32,000 nt of DNA from Promethearchaeota archaeon (GCA_030606485.1 JAUWGH010000005.1:60001-92000), one strand, 5' to 3'; counted from the first letter of the stretch, positions 9,363-17,519 are shown. Numbers and translations are program-made. Notes: generated by a model not told the origin, from the sequence alone.

Positions 9363-10184
9363 TTATTTCGGTTTTATGGCTTGAATTTTTATACTTTGAA
9401 TGGTATGGTTAAGATCTTTAATTACCCCTTTTTCTGAATGTTGATTAACCAATAAATCAATTGTGAAGGAAGATTCCCCTAAAATATCAATATCTTGAAA
9501 GCCAGCTTCTCTTATAAACTCTAGATACTGCTCTTTTAGAACTGCACCAGCGACACAACTAACATATGCCGCAGAATTATTTTTGATGAACTCCGGTAAT
9601 TCCTTTAAAAGTACGATATCTGAAACCATCATCCTTCCTCCTGGCTTTAACACCCTAAAGGCTTCCTGAAATACCCTTTCTTTTTCTGGTGAAAGATTAA
9701 TCACACAATTCGAAATAATAACATCTACTGAATTATCTGCAACCGGTAAATTTTCAATCTCACCGAGCCTAAATTCTACATTTTCATAATTCCCCTTCTC
9801 TGCATTTTCTCTAGCTTTATCGATCATATCTGGTGTCATATCTACTCCTATAATTTTTCCACTTTTGCCTACCCTATTCGCTGCAAGAAAACAATCAAAT
9901 CCTGCTCCTGAACCCAAATCAAGAATATGATCTCCTTCCTTTAATGAAGCAAGAGCTACTGGATTCCCACAACCAAGACCTAGATTTGCCCCTTCAGGAA
10001 CATTTCTAAGATCTTCATCTGTGTATCCAATCTTCTTACTTATATTTTCGGTAGAAGTATCACAACCACAATACGAGTTTGTAGTAGGAAAACTTGAATT
10101 TATAGGAGTACAACATAATATTGATTGTTTTGCTATTCTTCCATAATTTTTTCTTACAATTTTTTTAACATCTTTTTCATCCAT
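9363..10184 (-). CDS. arsM: Arsenite S-adenosylmethionine methyltransferase
   Basis: LGLGCGNP, LDLGSGAGFDC, DVIISNCVINL and SCVAGA motifs carrying the ArsM cysteines; Cys-rich N-terminus (CC, CGC). Confidence 0.93.
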   Translation of the reverse strand: MDEKDVKKIVRKNYGRIAKQSILCCTPINSSFPTTNSYCGCDTSTENISKKIGYTDEDLRNVPEGANLGLGCGNPVALASLKEGDHILDLGSGAGFDCFLAANRVGKSGKIIGVDMTPDMIDKARENAEKGNYENVEFRLGEIENLPVADNSVDVIISNCVINLSPEKERVFQEAFRVLKPGGRMMVSDIVLLKELPEFIKNNSAAYVSCVAGAVLKEQYLEFIREAGFQDIDILGESSFTIDLLVNQHSEKGVIKDLNHTIQSIKIQAIKPK

Positions 10185-10214
10185 TTTTTTCTCACTTTAA
10201 AAAATCTTAATATA

Positions 10215-10502
10215 TTATTTATTATTGATATCCTGCACCATCGGACCGAGAAAATTCCTTACCATTCCTCCCAAATACTCAACCTTAATTAAAGATAAGC
10301 AACAGACTTCCCCATTTTTTTTCATACTTACAACTGCAAATTTCTCACCCTCATTAATATTTGCTTTCTCCCTTAAATCTTTAGAAAAATATATTTGCCC
10401 CTTACTATCTAGGGTTACCACTGATTCAACTCTACAACAAGTAGAATTCATTTTCTCAGGTTCGCAACAAATCTCTTCTTTTTCTTTTTTTTGTGAACTC
10501 AT
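10215..10502 (-). CDS. hgcC: HgcAB-associated protein HgcC-like (AbrB/MazE fold, Cys-rich)
   Basis: CCRVESVVTLDSKGQ..SKDLREKANI..GEK and EVCCLSLIK....GMVRNFLGPM match the HgcC family signature as I recall it; 30 nt upstream of arsM. Confidence 0.8.
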   Translation of the reverse strand: MSSQKKEKEEICCEPEKMNSTCCRVESVVTLDSKGQIYFSKDLREKANINEGEKFAVVSMKKNGEVCCLSLIKVEYLGGMVRNFLGPMVQDINNK

Positions 10503-10528
10503 ATTTACATATAATAATTCTTTGGGGA

Positions 10529-10560
10529 TATTTAAACTCTACGGATTCTCCGGAATATCC
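10529..10560 (-). promoter_or_regulatory. TATA box plus upstream 18-bp operator-like palindrome of the hgcC-arsM operon
   Basis: TTTAAATA (10536-10529) is 26 nt from the ATG; GGATTCTCCGGAATATCC at 10543-10560 has 14 of 18 positions dyad-symmetric. Confidence 0.55.
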
Positions 10561-10680
10561 AGAAATTAAAAATTATGATAGATTTAATTTTACTACTATT
10601 CTATGAAAAATCATTAGAGTAAAAATAAGAATCATAAATAAATTCCGTTAGCTTCTCAATAAAGACGTAAATATAGATTT

Positions 10681-10694
10681 TTCAATTGTGAAAT
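10681..10694. repeat. 14-bp direct repeat, copy 2 (TTCAATTGTGAAAT)
   Basis: Exact match to 9271-9284, 1410 bp apart. Confidence 0.6.
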
Positions 10695-10820
10695 TTATTT
10701 TAGAAATAATTGCTTTTTTAAAAATCTCATATAAAAATTATGAATAAAAAACTGAAATTAAGAAGAAAAAATTAAGTAAATAAAATCATCAAGATAATTA
10801 ACTTAGATTTAAATTTATTG

Positions 10821-11348
10821 TTATTTTATATGTGCGTTATTGTGAGTCCTACAAATTCTAGGAAACCATCTAGCCACTCTCTCGGTATAACTTACCCAAT
10901 CTTGTCCAAATCGTCTTTTTAAATTAGGTTCCTCAATATAAACGATAAATCCATGTATTGCAAGAATCAAAATTGGTAGTATAATAAACATTGCTACAAG
11001 ATCCAGAAGAAATCCAAGACCTGCAAAAAAAAAAAATTGACCCTCCATCATAGGGTTCCTTACATGTCCATATGGTCCATAAGTGACCAACCTCTTGGTA
11101 GGCTCAGAAAACCCAGTAGTTCCCTGGCCTATCTTAAATTGAAGCAAACAACTCCAGAAGATAAGAAACAACCCAAAAGCAGACAATATAAGACCAAATA
11201 TCCTGAACAAAAAGTTGAATAAATTTGGTAATTTCAAAACATTATTAAGCCATATTGCAAAAAAGATTACAAAGAAATACTCACAAATTACTCCAATGTA
11301 ATGTGCAATAGTTCCTAATCTTTTTGCATTGATTTTTATTCTCTTCAC
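10821..11348 (-). CDS. Isoprenylcysteine carboxyl methyltransferase/PEMT-family membrane methyltransferase
   Basis: GQGT....P..RLVTYGPYGHVRNPM, IEEPNL.RRFG..W..Y..RV.RW motifs; GTG start. Confidence 0.88.
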   Translation of the reverse strand: MKRIKINAKRLGTIAHYIGVICEYFFVIFFAIWLNNVLKLPNLFNFLFRIFGLILSAFGLFLIFWSCLLQFKIGQGTTGFSEPTKRLVTYGPYGHVRNPMMEGQFFFFAGLGFLLDLVAMFIILPILILAIHGFIVYIEEPNLKRRFGQDWVSYTERVARWFPRICRTHNNAHIK

Positions 11349-11606
11349 AATTTTAACCTTACCTATACTTCAGCGGGAGTCACTGAATGGTCCTCCTTTT
11401 TATAATGCTAAGGATAATTTTATATAACTCGTTTATATACTAATTCCATATAATATTTAATAAAACTAATATTTTGTATTTTTTTAAATGTCTATATCAT
11501 ATTCCCTATCCATTTTACTCTTAATTCAATTAAAATAATTGGTAATTGTAAGACTGGGAATTTATGTGAGTGTAGTGAATTATATACACCATATTATAGC
11601 TACATT

Positions 11607-12221
11607 TTAGCTTTTCTGAAACACTATAGTATGATTTTTTAATATTACTCCTTTAGGCTGCTCTTTATATATAATTTCAAAGTTATTTTCCTTTAAAAAA
11701 TGGATTATATCATTAATTGTATACACACCATAGTTCTTCACGATAGGATTAAAAATTCTAATAGAATTTACCAGGTTACCAACTATTACAAATATATTTG
11801 AATATGCGAGGTCAGAGAAAATAAGAAAACCTTTTGGCTTTAAAACTCGATTAATTTCTTTCAATGCCCTATCCCAATCATTTATATGGTGCATAACCCA
11901 TAATAATAAGATAATCTCAAATTTATTATTCTCAAATGGAAGTTTTAAAGCATCTGCTTCAATAAATTTTAAATTTTCATTCATTTTAGTATATATTTTT
12001 GCTATTTTAATCTGCTCTTGATCTAAATCAGTTCCGACAACATCCATCTTATATTTCATATTCAAATGTGCGGAAACTACTCCGACTCCACATCCGATTT
12101 CCAATACTTTATTAACATTACTTAAATCAACTTTACTAAACAATTGATCAATAAGTTCTATATTCTTTTGAGCATGCCGTTTACTATTAACAAACTTCTT
12201 TTCTATTTTAATCATTTTCAT
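11607..12221 (-). CDS. Class I SAM-dependent methyltransferase (Methyltransf_11/UbiE-like)
   Basis: VLEIGCGVG, GTDLD, ADA..LPF, HHI.D...L.EI.RVLKP.G. Confidence 0.9.
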   Translation of the reverse strand: MKMIKIEKKFVNSKRHAQKNIELIDQLFSKVDLSNVNKVLEIGCGVGVVSAHLNMKYKMDVVGTDLDQEQIKIAKIYTKMNENLKFIEADALKLPFENNKFEIILLLWVMHHINDWDRALKEINRVLKPKGFLIFSDLAYSNIFVIVGNLVNSIRIFNPIVKNYGVYTINDIIHFLKENNFEIIYKEQPKGVILKNHTIVFQKS

Positions 12222-12683
12222 TTATTAACCACCAATTGCATTTCAATTAACGTTAAAGATACCAGTTAATCACATCTTGCAATTCCTTTTATCTAGATAG
12301 TAATATTACTAAAAAATAATATCTTCAAAATTATGAGAGTATCTATTCATTATAAATTTCGATAAAAATATGAAATATTTTATAAAAAAATTAAAATTTA
12401 CTTTATTAATAGTATTTTTGTAGTCCAATTTTTTCAATTTTTTATAATTTCTATTCATTAAAATTAACTAAGTCTAATTAAAAATAGAATTCGAAGTTCT
12501 ATTCGTAATATTGCCCCTAATGATACTGATAATGTATATAATTGTTTAAATGCTATTGGCTATTTGCCTACTAGTTATTTCATTGATTAAAAATAATTAA
12601 AAATTAAGGAAAACCTAATAAAAAATATTTTATAAAGAAAAAAAAAAGAAAAAGTTAAAAAATTTGAATTTTTTTAATTAAAT

Positions 12684-12896
12684 TTATAATGTGCTGATTG
12701 AAAGTTCCATGTCAGACAGTGTTAATTTCTTTCTATGGGCGTGTCGGCAAAATTCTAGAGCTTTACAAGTGACAGCTTTTGCTAAGTTTTCAAGATATCC
12801 AATTAATGCGTCTACTGCATCTTTTGCAACCATTTCAGCGCCATTATTCTTCATAAGTGAGCGAATTGGGCTCCATGCAAATACTTTTTTGGCCAT
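12684..12896 (-). CDS. Archaeal histone (HMf-type single histone fold, no tail)
   Basis: Aligns gap-free to HMfB (P.I..LMK..GAE.V..DA...L...LE....HA.RK.....D.EL); R55-D62 clamp present. Confidence 0.92.
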   Translation of the reverse strand: MAKKVFAWSPIRSLMKNNGAEMVAKDAVDALIGYLENLAKAVTCKALEFCRHAHRKKLTLSDMELSISTL

Positions 12897-13459
12897 AATT
12901 TATTTCCTCCAATTTTTTAATTTTAAGATTTTTTAATATTAAATTTTAAGGTGTTCTATTTATCATTTCTTCTTTCTCATTAATAAATGTTGCGATAAAT
13001 AGTAGTTTGGTTAAAATTTTTGATGCCTCGACAAAAATATTGATTTTCTATAAGTATGATGCTGGAAACATCTCTGAGCCATTAAATCAGAGATCTCAAA
13101 CTAAAATTAGAAAATTGAGAATATGAAAGGCGACTAAAAAAAATAATGCCATAAACCCAAACTAATCGTTAAAGAAATTTAAAAATTCACAAATTATTAT
13201 AACAAATCTTCACGAAAATAGCCTAAGAAAAAAGATTTTAAATCTCTAAAATTATTAATGTTCTGATAATCCATGTTTAAAATTATTTGCGAATATTCTA
13301 ATTAAAATTAGTTTTTAGATTATTTATTGTAGATAAATTAATTTGTTAAATCTTGAGATTAATAGTTAATTAATTCAAGTATGTCAGTAGCCATATGCTT
13401 CTTTTTTTTAAGTTTTAATTTTCCTTAAAATTTGAAAAAAAAAAGAGATATAAAAAAAA

Positions 13460-13927
13460 TTATAATTGAGTGCCGCAACGGAAGCAGAATTTTGCATTGG
13501 GGTTAACTTCAATGCCACATTCCGGACAGAATTTACCTTTTTCCATTTTTGTGGGTGCATTCGGTGTAATCACATCTCCTAATTTTTGCCCGCATTGTTC
13601 ACAGAATTTGGCTTCTCCCATAACTTTCACACCACAAGAAGGACATCTAGATAGAATTTTCATTCCACAATTATTACAAAATTGAGATGTACCTTCAAGC
13701 CTTTTCCCACACTTTGGGCAAATTTTTATACTTCCCTCAGTAAAATATTGAATCGTGGTAACAAGAACAGCAATTAAAACTCCAAAAACAGGAAACCACA
13801 TCCAAAACTGCCACACTCCGAAAATAGTCACTGTAAGCATGATCATAACAATTATTACAATAATTAATGCTGTAAATGAACCAATGACTGCTTCTCTATA
13901 TTCTAGTTTAGATTTAATATTTACCAT
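13460..13927 (-). CDS. Membrane protein with three zinc-ribbon repeats
   Basis: Two N-terminal TM helices, then three CP.CG-x8-FC..CG units. Confidence 0.88.
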   Translation of the reverse strand: MVNIKSKLEYREAVIGSFTALIIVIIVMIMLTVTIFGVWQFWMWFPVFGVLIAVLVTTIQYFTEGSIKICPKCGKRLEGTSQFCNNCGMKILSRCPSCGVKVMGEAKFCEQCGQKLGDVITPNAPTKMEKGKFCPECGIEVNPNAKFCFRCGTQL

Positions 13928-14095
13928 AACATTTTCTCCTTTAATTTTAAATAGTAATTTATTTAATTATTTTTAAATCTTCTATGAACCAATTTTTATC
14001 AATAAAAATTTGAGTTATTTGCATTTTTAATTGTTCTGATATACTTATTTTTTAAATAATGTTCTAAAATATTATTATTAGGTGTGTGAATTAAT

Positions 14096-15166
14096 ATGGA
14101 AAAAAAAAAGATTGCTATTATTAAGGGGGATGGTGTTGGTCCTGAAGTTGTGAATGAAGGATTAAAAATTCTCAAGATTATTAATGAGTATTCAGATTTA
14201 AAAATGGAATTTTGTGAAGCTCCAGCTGGTGGGTCCGTCTATAAAACTTATGGGGAAAGCCTCCCTGAAAAATCATTAAACATTATAGAAAAGTCGGATG
14301 CAATTCTTTTTGGTGCGATAGGATTACCTGATTTACCAACAGGTGTTGCTGAGCTTGCAATCTTAAAAATAAGGCAAGAATTTGATTTATACGTGAATCT
14401 CCGACCCATTAAATTATATGAAACTGCAATTGATTGCTGTCCGTTGAAAGATGAATATATAGGAGATGGAATTGATATGACTATCGTTCGAGAGAATACT
14501 GAGGGCTTATATGCAAAAATTGGGGGTATCTTAAGGGATGAAATTGCTTCAAATATTATGCTTTATACCCGTAAAGGATGCGAGAGAGTTATCAAATATG
14601 CTTTTGAATATGCAAAAAAAAGGAATCATAAAAAAATCACTTCAGTTGATAAAGCTAATGTCTTGGCATGCAGTCAGTTGTGGAGAAAGATATTTGAAGA
14701 AATTGGTATGAAATATCCCAATATTGATAAAGAGAACTTCTTAATTGATGCATTTTGTCAATGGATAATTCGCAAACCATATACATGTCAAACTGTAGTT
14801 ACTGGTAATTTATTTGGAGATATTATTAGTGACGAGGCTGCTTATCTTTTAGGAAGTCTTGGTATGGCACCAAGCGGTAATATTAATCCTGGAAAACTAT
14901 CAATGTATGAACCAATTCATGGTGCTGCGCCTGATATTGCGGGTCAAGGAATTGCAAACCCTGTGGGAACAATATTAAGTGTAAAGTTAATGGTTGAAGA
15001 ATCTTTTCAACGGAAAGATTTAGGTAAAGATATTGAGAATTGTGTAGAACAGGCCTTAGGTGAAGGTAGAACCATGGACATTAAATCAGATAAATTAAAA
15101 ATTCTATCAACAATTGACATGGGTAATTTAATTGCTGGAAAATTAAAAGAACAGTTGAAAAAATAA
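14096..15166 (+). CDS. leuB: 3-isopropylmalate dehydrogenase
   Basis: GDGVGPEV, E..IL.IRQEFDLYVNLRP (IPMDH-type specificity residues), VRENTEGLY, VDKANVL, NLFGDIISD, EPIHGAAPDIAG. Confidence 0.9.
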   Translation: MEKKKIAIIKGDGVGPEVVNEGLKILKIINEYSDLKMEFCEAPAGGSVYKTYGESLPEKSLNIIEKSDAILFGAIGLPDLPTGVAELAILKIRQEFDLYVNLRPIKLYETAIDCCPLKDEYIGDGIDMTIVRENTEGLYAKIGGILRDEIASNIMLYTRKGCERVIKYAFEYAKKRNHKKITSVDKANVLACSQLWRKIFEEIGMKYPNIDKENFLIDAFCQWIIRKPYTCQTVVTGNLFGDIISDEAAYLLGSLGMAPSGNINPGKLSMYEPIHGAAPDIAGQGIANPVGTILSVKLMVEESFQRKDLGKDIENCVEQALGEGRTMDIKSDKLKILSTIDMGNLIAGKLKEQLKK

Positions 15167-15189
15167 GTATTTAATAGAAATTGCTATAT

Positions 15190-16764
15190 TTATAAAAAAG
15201 AGCTTATTGTACTAATCCAAGTATTGAATTGATCCAAAAGTTCCAATCGGTATTCAGTAGTTATTTTAAAGAACAACAAAGGAATCATCTTTTTCTCGAG
15301 ATATTCATTCAAGTTAAATTCTTCGATGAGTCGAGACCAGACTGCCGTTTGAGTATGGTCTTCGGAAGTTCTTAAGCCTATTAACACACTTGTATTTTCA
15401 TTTATCTTATCTAAACCATTAATTACTAAATTTCGCCATTCTAAATCAATAGATCTTTTATTTCTTGCATCAAATATAAATAAAACTCCATCTGAGTCTA
15501 CAATTTCTCCAATATGATTGATATAATTTTTAATAATAACTTTATCATTAAATAAATAGATTTTTTCTAATTCTTCATTTTTAACTATACTAATTTCGCC
15601 CAAATCTCGAAATTCAGTAAACAATTGTAAAGCAGGATTCCAGTATTTATTTAAACCAATAAATGATAAAATTAATTTTCCTTTTACATTAATTATTTTA
15701 TTAATTTCTGAAATTAGATTTGCTTTTACAATATTCTCCTCGTCGAGTTGTGATTTTACTATATAGTGATAGGAGATTAAAGAGAACGCATCTTCGACAT
15801 TTTCCCCTGTTTTTGCACTAGTTTCTATATAAGAAGCTTTTAACTTATTTGCTAGTGAAACACCTTCTTGATAAGATATTTTTCTTTCCTTACTTAAATC
15901 GGTTTTATTCCCCACAACAACAACCGGAATATCTTTACTAATAAAACCTTTTAATTCATCGTACCAATTTTCAAGATTCTCAAAAGAAGATACATTTGTT
16001 AAATCGAATACTAAAAATGCTGAATGAGCTCCTTGATAATAAGTCTTTCTAACTCTTCGAAAGAATTTTTGGGCTCCAATATCCCAGATCATTAAATTTA
16101 TTGCTGTATTTAGAAATTTATAGTTATGTGTCAAAATATTTAAACCAATTGTCGCACGGTAATCGGTTGAAAATCTGTTTTCAACAAATCTCATTACGAT
16201 TGATGTCTTACCAACCGCGTGGTCACCAACAATAATAAATTTAAATTTATATTCTCCCCTGGCGAGTCTCATTTGATAAATTTGATTTTTCAACCTATCA
16301 AACTCTTGTCTTTCATCATATTCAAAATTAGGAATATATGTTTGAATTCGATTAATATCATCTTCTGTTAATATTTGGGCACATTTTTCAGCTAAGAAAT
16401 AGGCATATGGAGCAGTTTTATCAATTGAAGCGAGTGTATTTAATATAATGCTTACAGTAGCATTATCTTTCACAGATACAAATAGAATTCTGGAATCCTC
16501 TGTTTCAAAGCTCGCAGTTCCCCATTTTTTAAAGGAAAATTCATACCTAATTCTTTCTAGAATGGGGTTTACAAGAGAAGAAAGTACCGATATTGAATCT
16601 GTTTTTACTTCAAGAGAATCATCTAATGTTTTCTCTTTAAGAATGTTATCTAATTTCGCAGCAATTATCAACCCTTCATCGTCAGAAACAATTACCGCTT
16701 CAACATCAGGTACAACATCCATAAAATTTTTTAGCAAACTATTAAATAATTCTGATTTTGACAT
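15190..16764 (-). CDS. Roadblock/LC7 + Rab-like small GTPase + degenerate G-domain fusion protein
   Basis: N-terminal V.AVIVSD.EGLIIA (Roadblock); GDHAVGKT, TIG, WDIGAQ, NKTD, ETSAK; extra ~165-aa alpha/beta C-domain. ATG 16764 with GAGGA upstream is preferred over TTG 16788. Confidence 0.9.
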   Translation of the reverse strand: MSKSELFNSLLKNFMDVVPDVEAVIVSDDEGLIIAAKLDNILKEKTLDDSLEVKTDSISVLSSLVNPILERIRYEFSFKKWGTASFETEDSRILFVSVKDNATVSIILNTLASIDKTAPYAYFLAEKCAQILTEDDINRIQTYIPNFEYDERQEFDRLKNQIYQMRLARGEYKFKFIIVGDHAVGKTSIVMRFVENRFSTDYRATIGLNILTHNYKFLNTAINLMIWDIGAQKFFRRVRKTYYQGAHSAFLVFDLTNVSSFENLENWYDELKGFISKDIPVVVVGNKTDLSKERKISYQEGVSLANKLKASYIETSAKTGENVEDAFSLISYHYIVKSQLDEENIVKANLISEINKIINVKGKLILSFIGLNKYWNPALQLFTEFRDLGEISIVKNEELEKIYLFNDKVIIKNYINHIGEIVDSDGVLFIFDARNKRSIDLEWRNLVINGLDKINENTSVLIGLRTSEDHTQTAVWSRLIEEFNLNEYLEKKMIPLLFFKITTEYRLELLDQFNTWISTISSFL

Positions 16765-16901
16765 AAGATCCTCAAAATGAAAATACAAAAAAATATTAAT
16801 ATATCTTTTGTATATTTTAATGAAAATAATTAAGAAAAAAATAAATTTTTTAATATCTAATCACTCTTATAGCGTAGAAACTTTATTGAATTTGATACAA
16901 A

Positions 16902-17495
16902 ATGCCTACTTGTATAATTTGTCATGAAAATATTGAAATAGAAGAGAGTTCTAGCATAAAAAGCTATACTTGTCCAAACGGACATCAAGTTCATAGAAAA
17001 TGTTTAGAAGATTGGTTAGTTCATTCCCAAGTATGCCCATTATGTGCTGAAAAATATGACTCAAATACAATTTCAGAATTTACAGAATATTTTGATAAAA
17101 TAAAGGAACAAAAAGAGCAAGAAAAACAGATAAAAGCTGATATGGAACTTGAAAAAGTTATTAGTAATATTGCAGATGATATTATTCTTTTAGAAAAATT
17201 GGAACTTCCACGAAAATTAATCAAACAAAAGGAGTTTAAAAAGGCATTAGAAAAGTTATTTGCTTTGATAGATGATAACAGTCAAAATATGGATGTTTTA
17301 TTTCTAATAGGAAAAACGTTTTATTTAGATAAACAATATGCATTGGCTGTTAATCATTTAATGAAACTAATAAAAAAAGATTTTAAATATCCTCAAGGTT
17401 TTTATTATTTAGGAAAAACATATCAAGCCTTGGGTCTTAATGACAAAGCAAAATGGGCATTTGATCGAGTTCCATCTGAAGATTCAAAGTCCTAA
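16902..17495 (+). CDS. RING-H2 finger + TPR protein (putative E3 ubiquitin ligase)
   Basis: C4-x2-C7-x16-C24-x3-H28-x2-H31-x2-C34-x3-W38-x6-C45-P-x-C48, charged helical linker, 2-3 TPRs (LFLIGKTFY, FYYLGKTYQALG). Confidence 0.88.
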   Translation: MPTCIICHENIEIEESSSIKSYTCPNGHQVHRKCLEDWLVHSQVCPLCAEKYDSNTISEFTEYFDKIKEQKEQEKQIKADMELEKVISNIADDIILLEKLELPRKLIKQKEFKKALEKLFALIDDNSQNMDVLFLIGKTFYLDKQYALAVNHLMKLIKKDFKYPQGFYYLGKTYQALGLNDKAKWAFDRVPSEDSKS

Positions 17496-17519
17496 TTTTA
17501 AAGCAAAAGTAGTATTTTC

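Noticed and set aside
2309-10502. Mercury methylation (hgcAB) suggested by the HgcC-like gene and nearby ferredoxins
   Set aside because: No HgcA cap-helix motif (N(V/I)WCA(A/G)GK) in any ORF; the ferredoxins lack the HgcB C-terminal CC.
10821-11348. ICMT-family enzyme as a prenyl-Cys methylase for the Rab-like GTPase
   Set aside because: The GTPase fusion has no C-terminal Cys or CaaX, and this short ICMT type is widespread in prokaryotes.
13021-13125. ATCTCTGA/TCAGAGAT hairpin (13070-13094) with nearby ATGATG..CTGA and a short YDAGNISE reading upstream of the histone gene: C/D sRNA, SECIS or transposase remnant
   Set aside because: No C'/D pair, no SECIS stem, no extended ORF or terminal repeats; an 8-bp inverted repeat is expected by chance in 32 kb.
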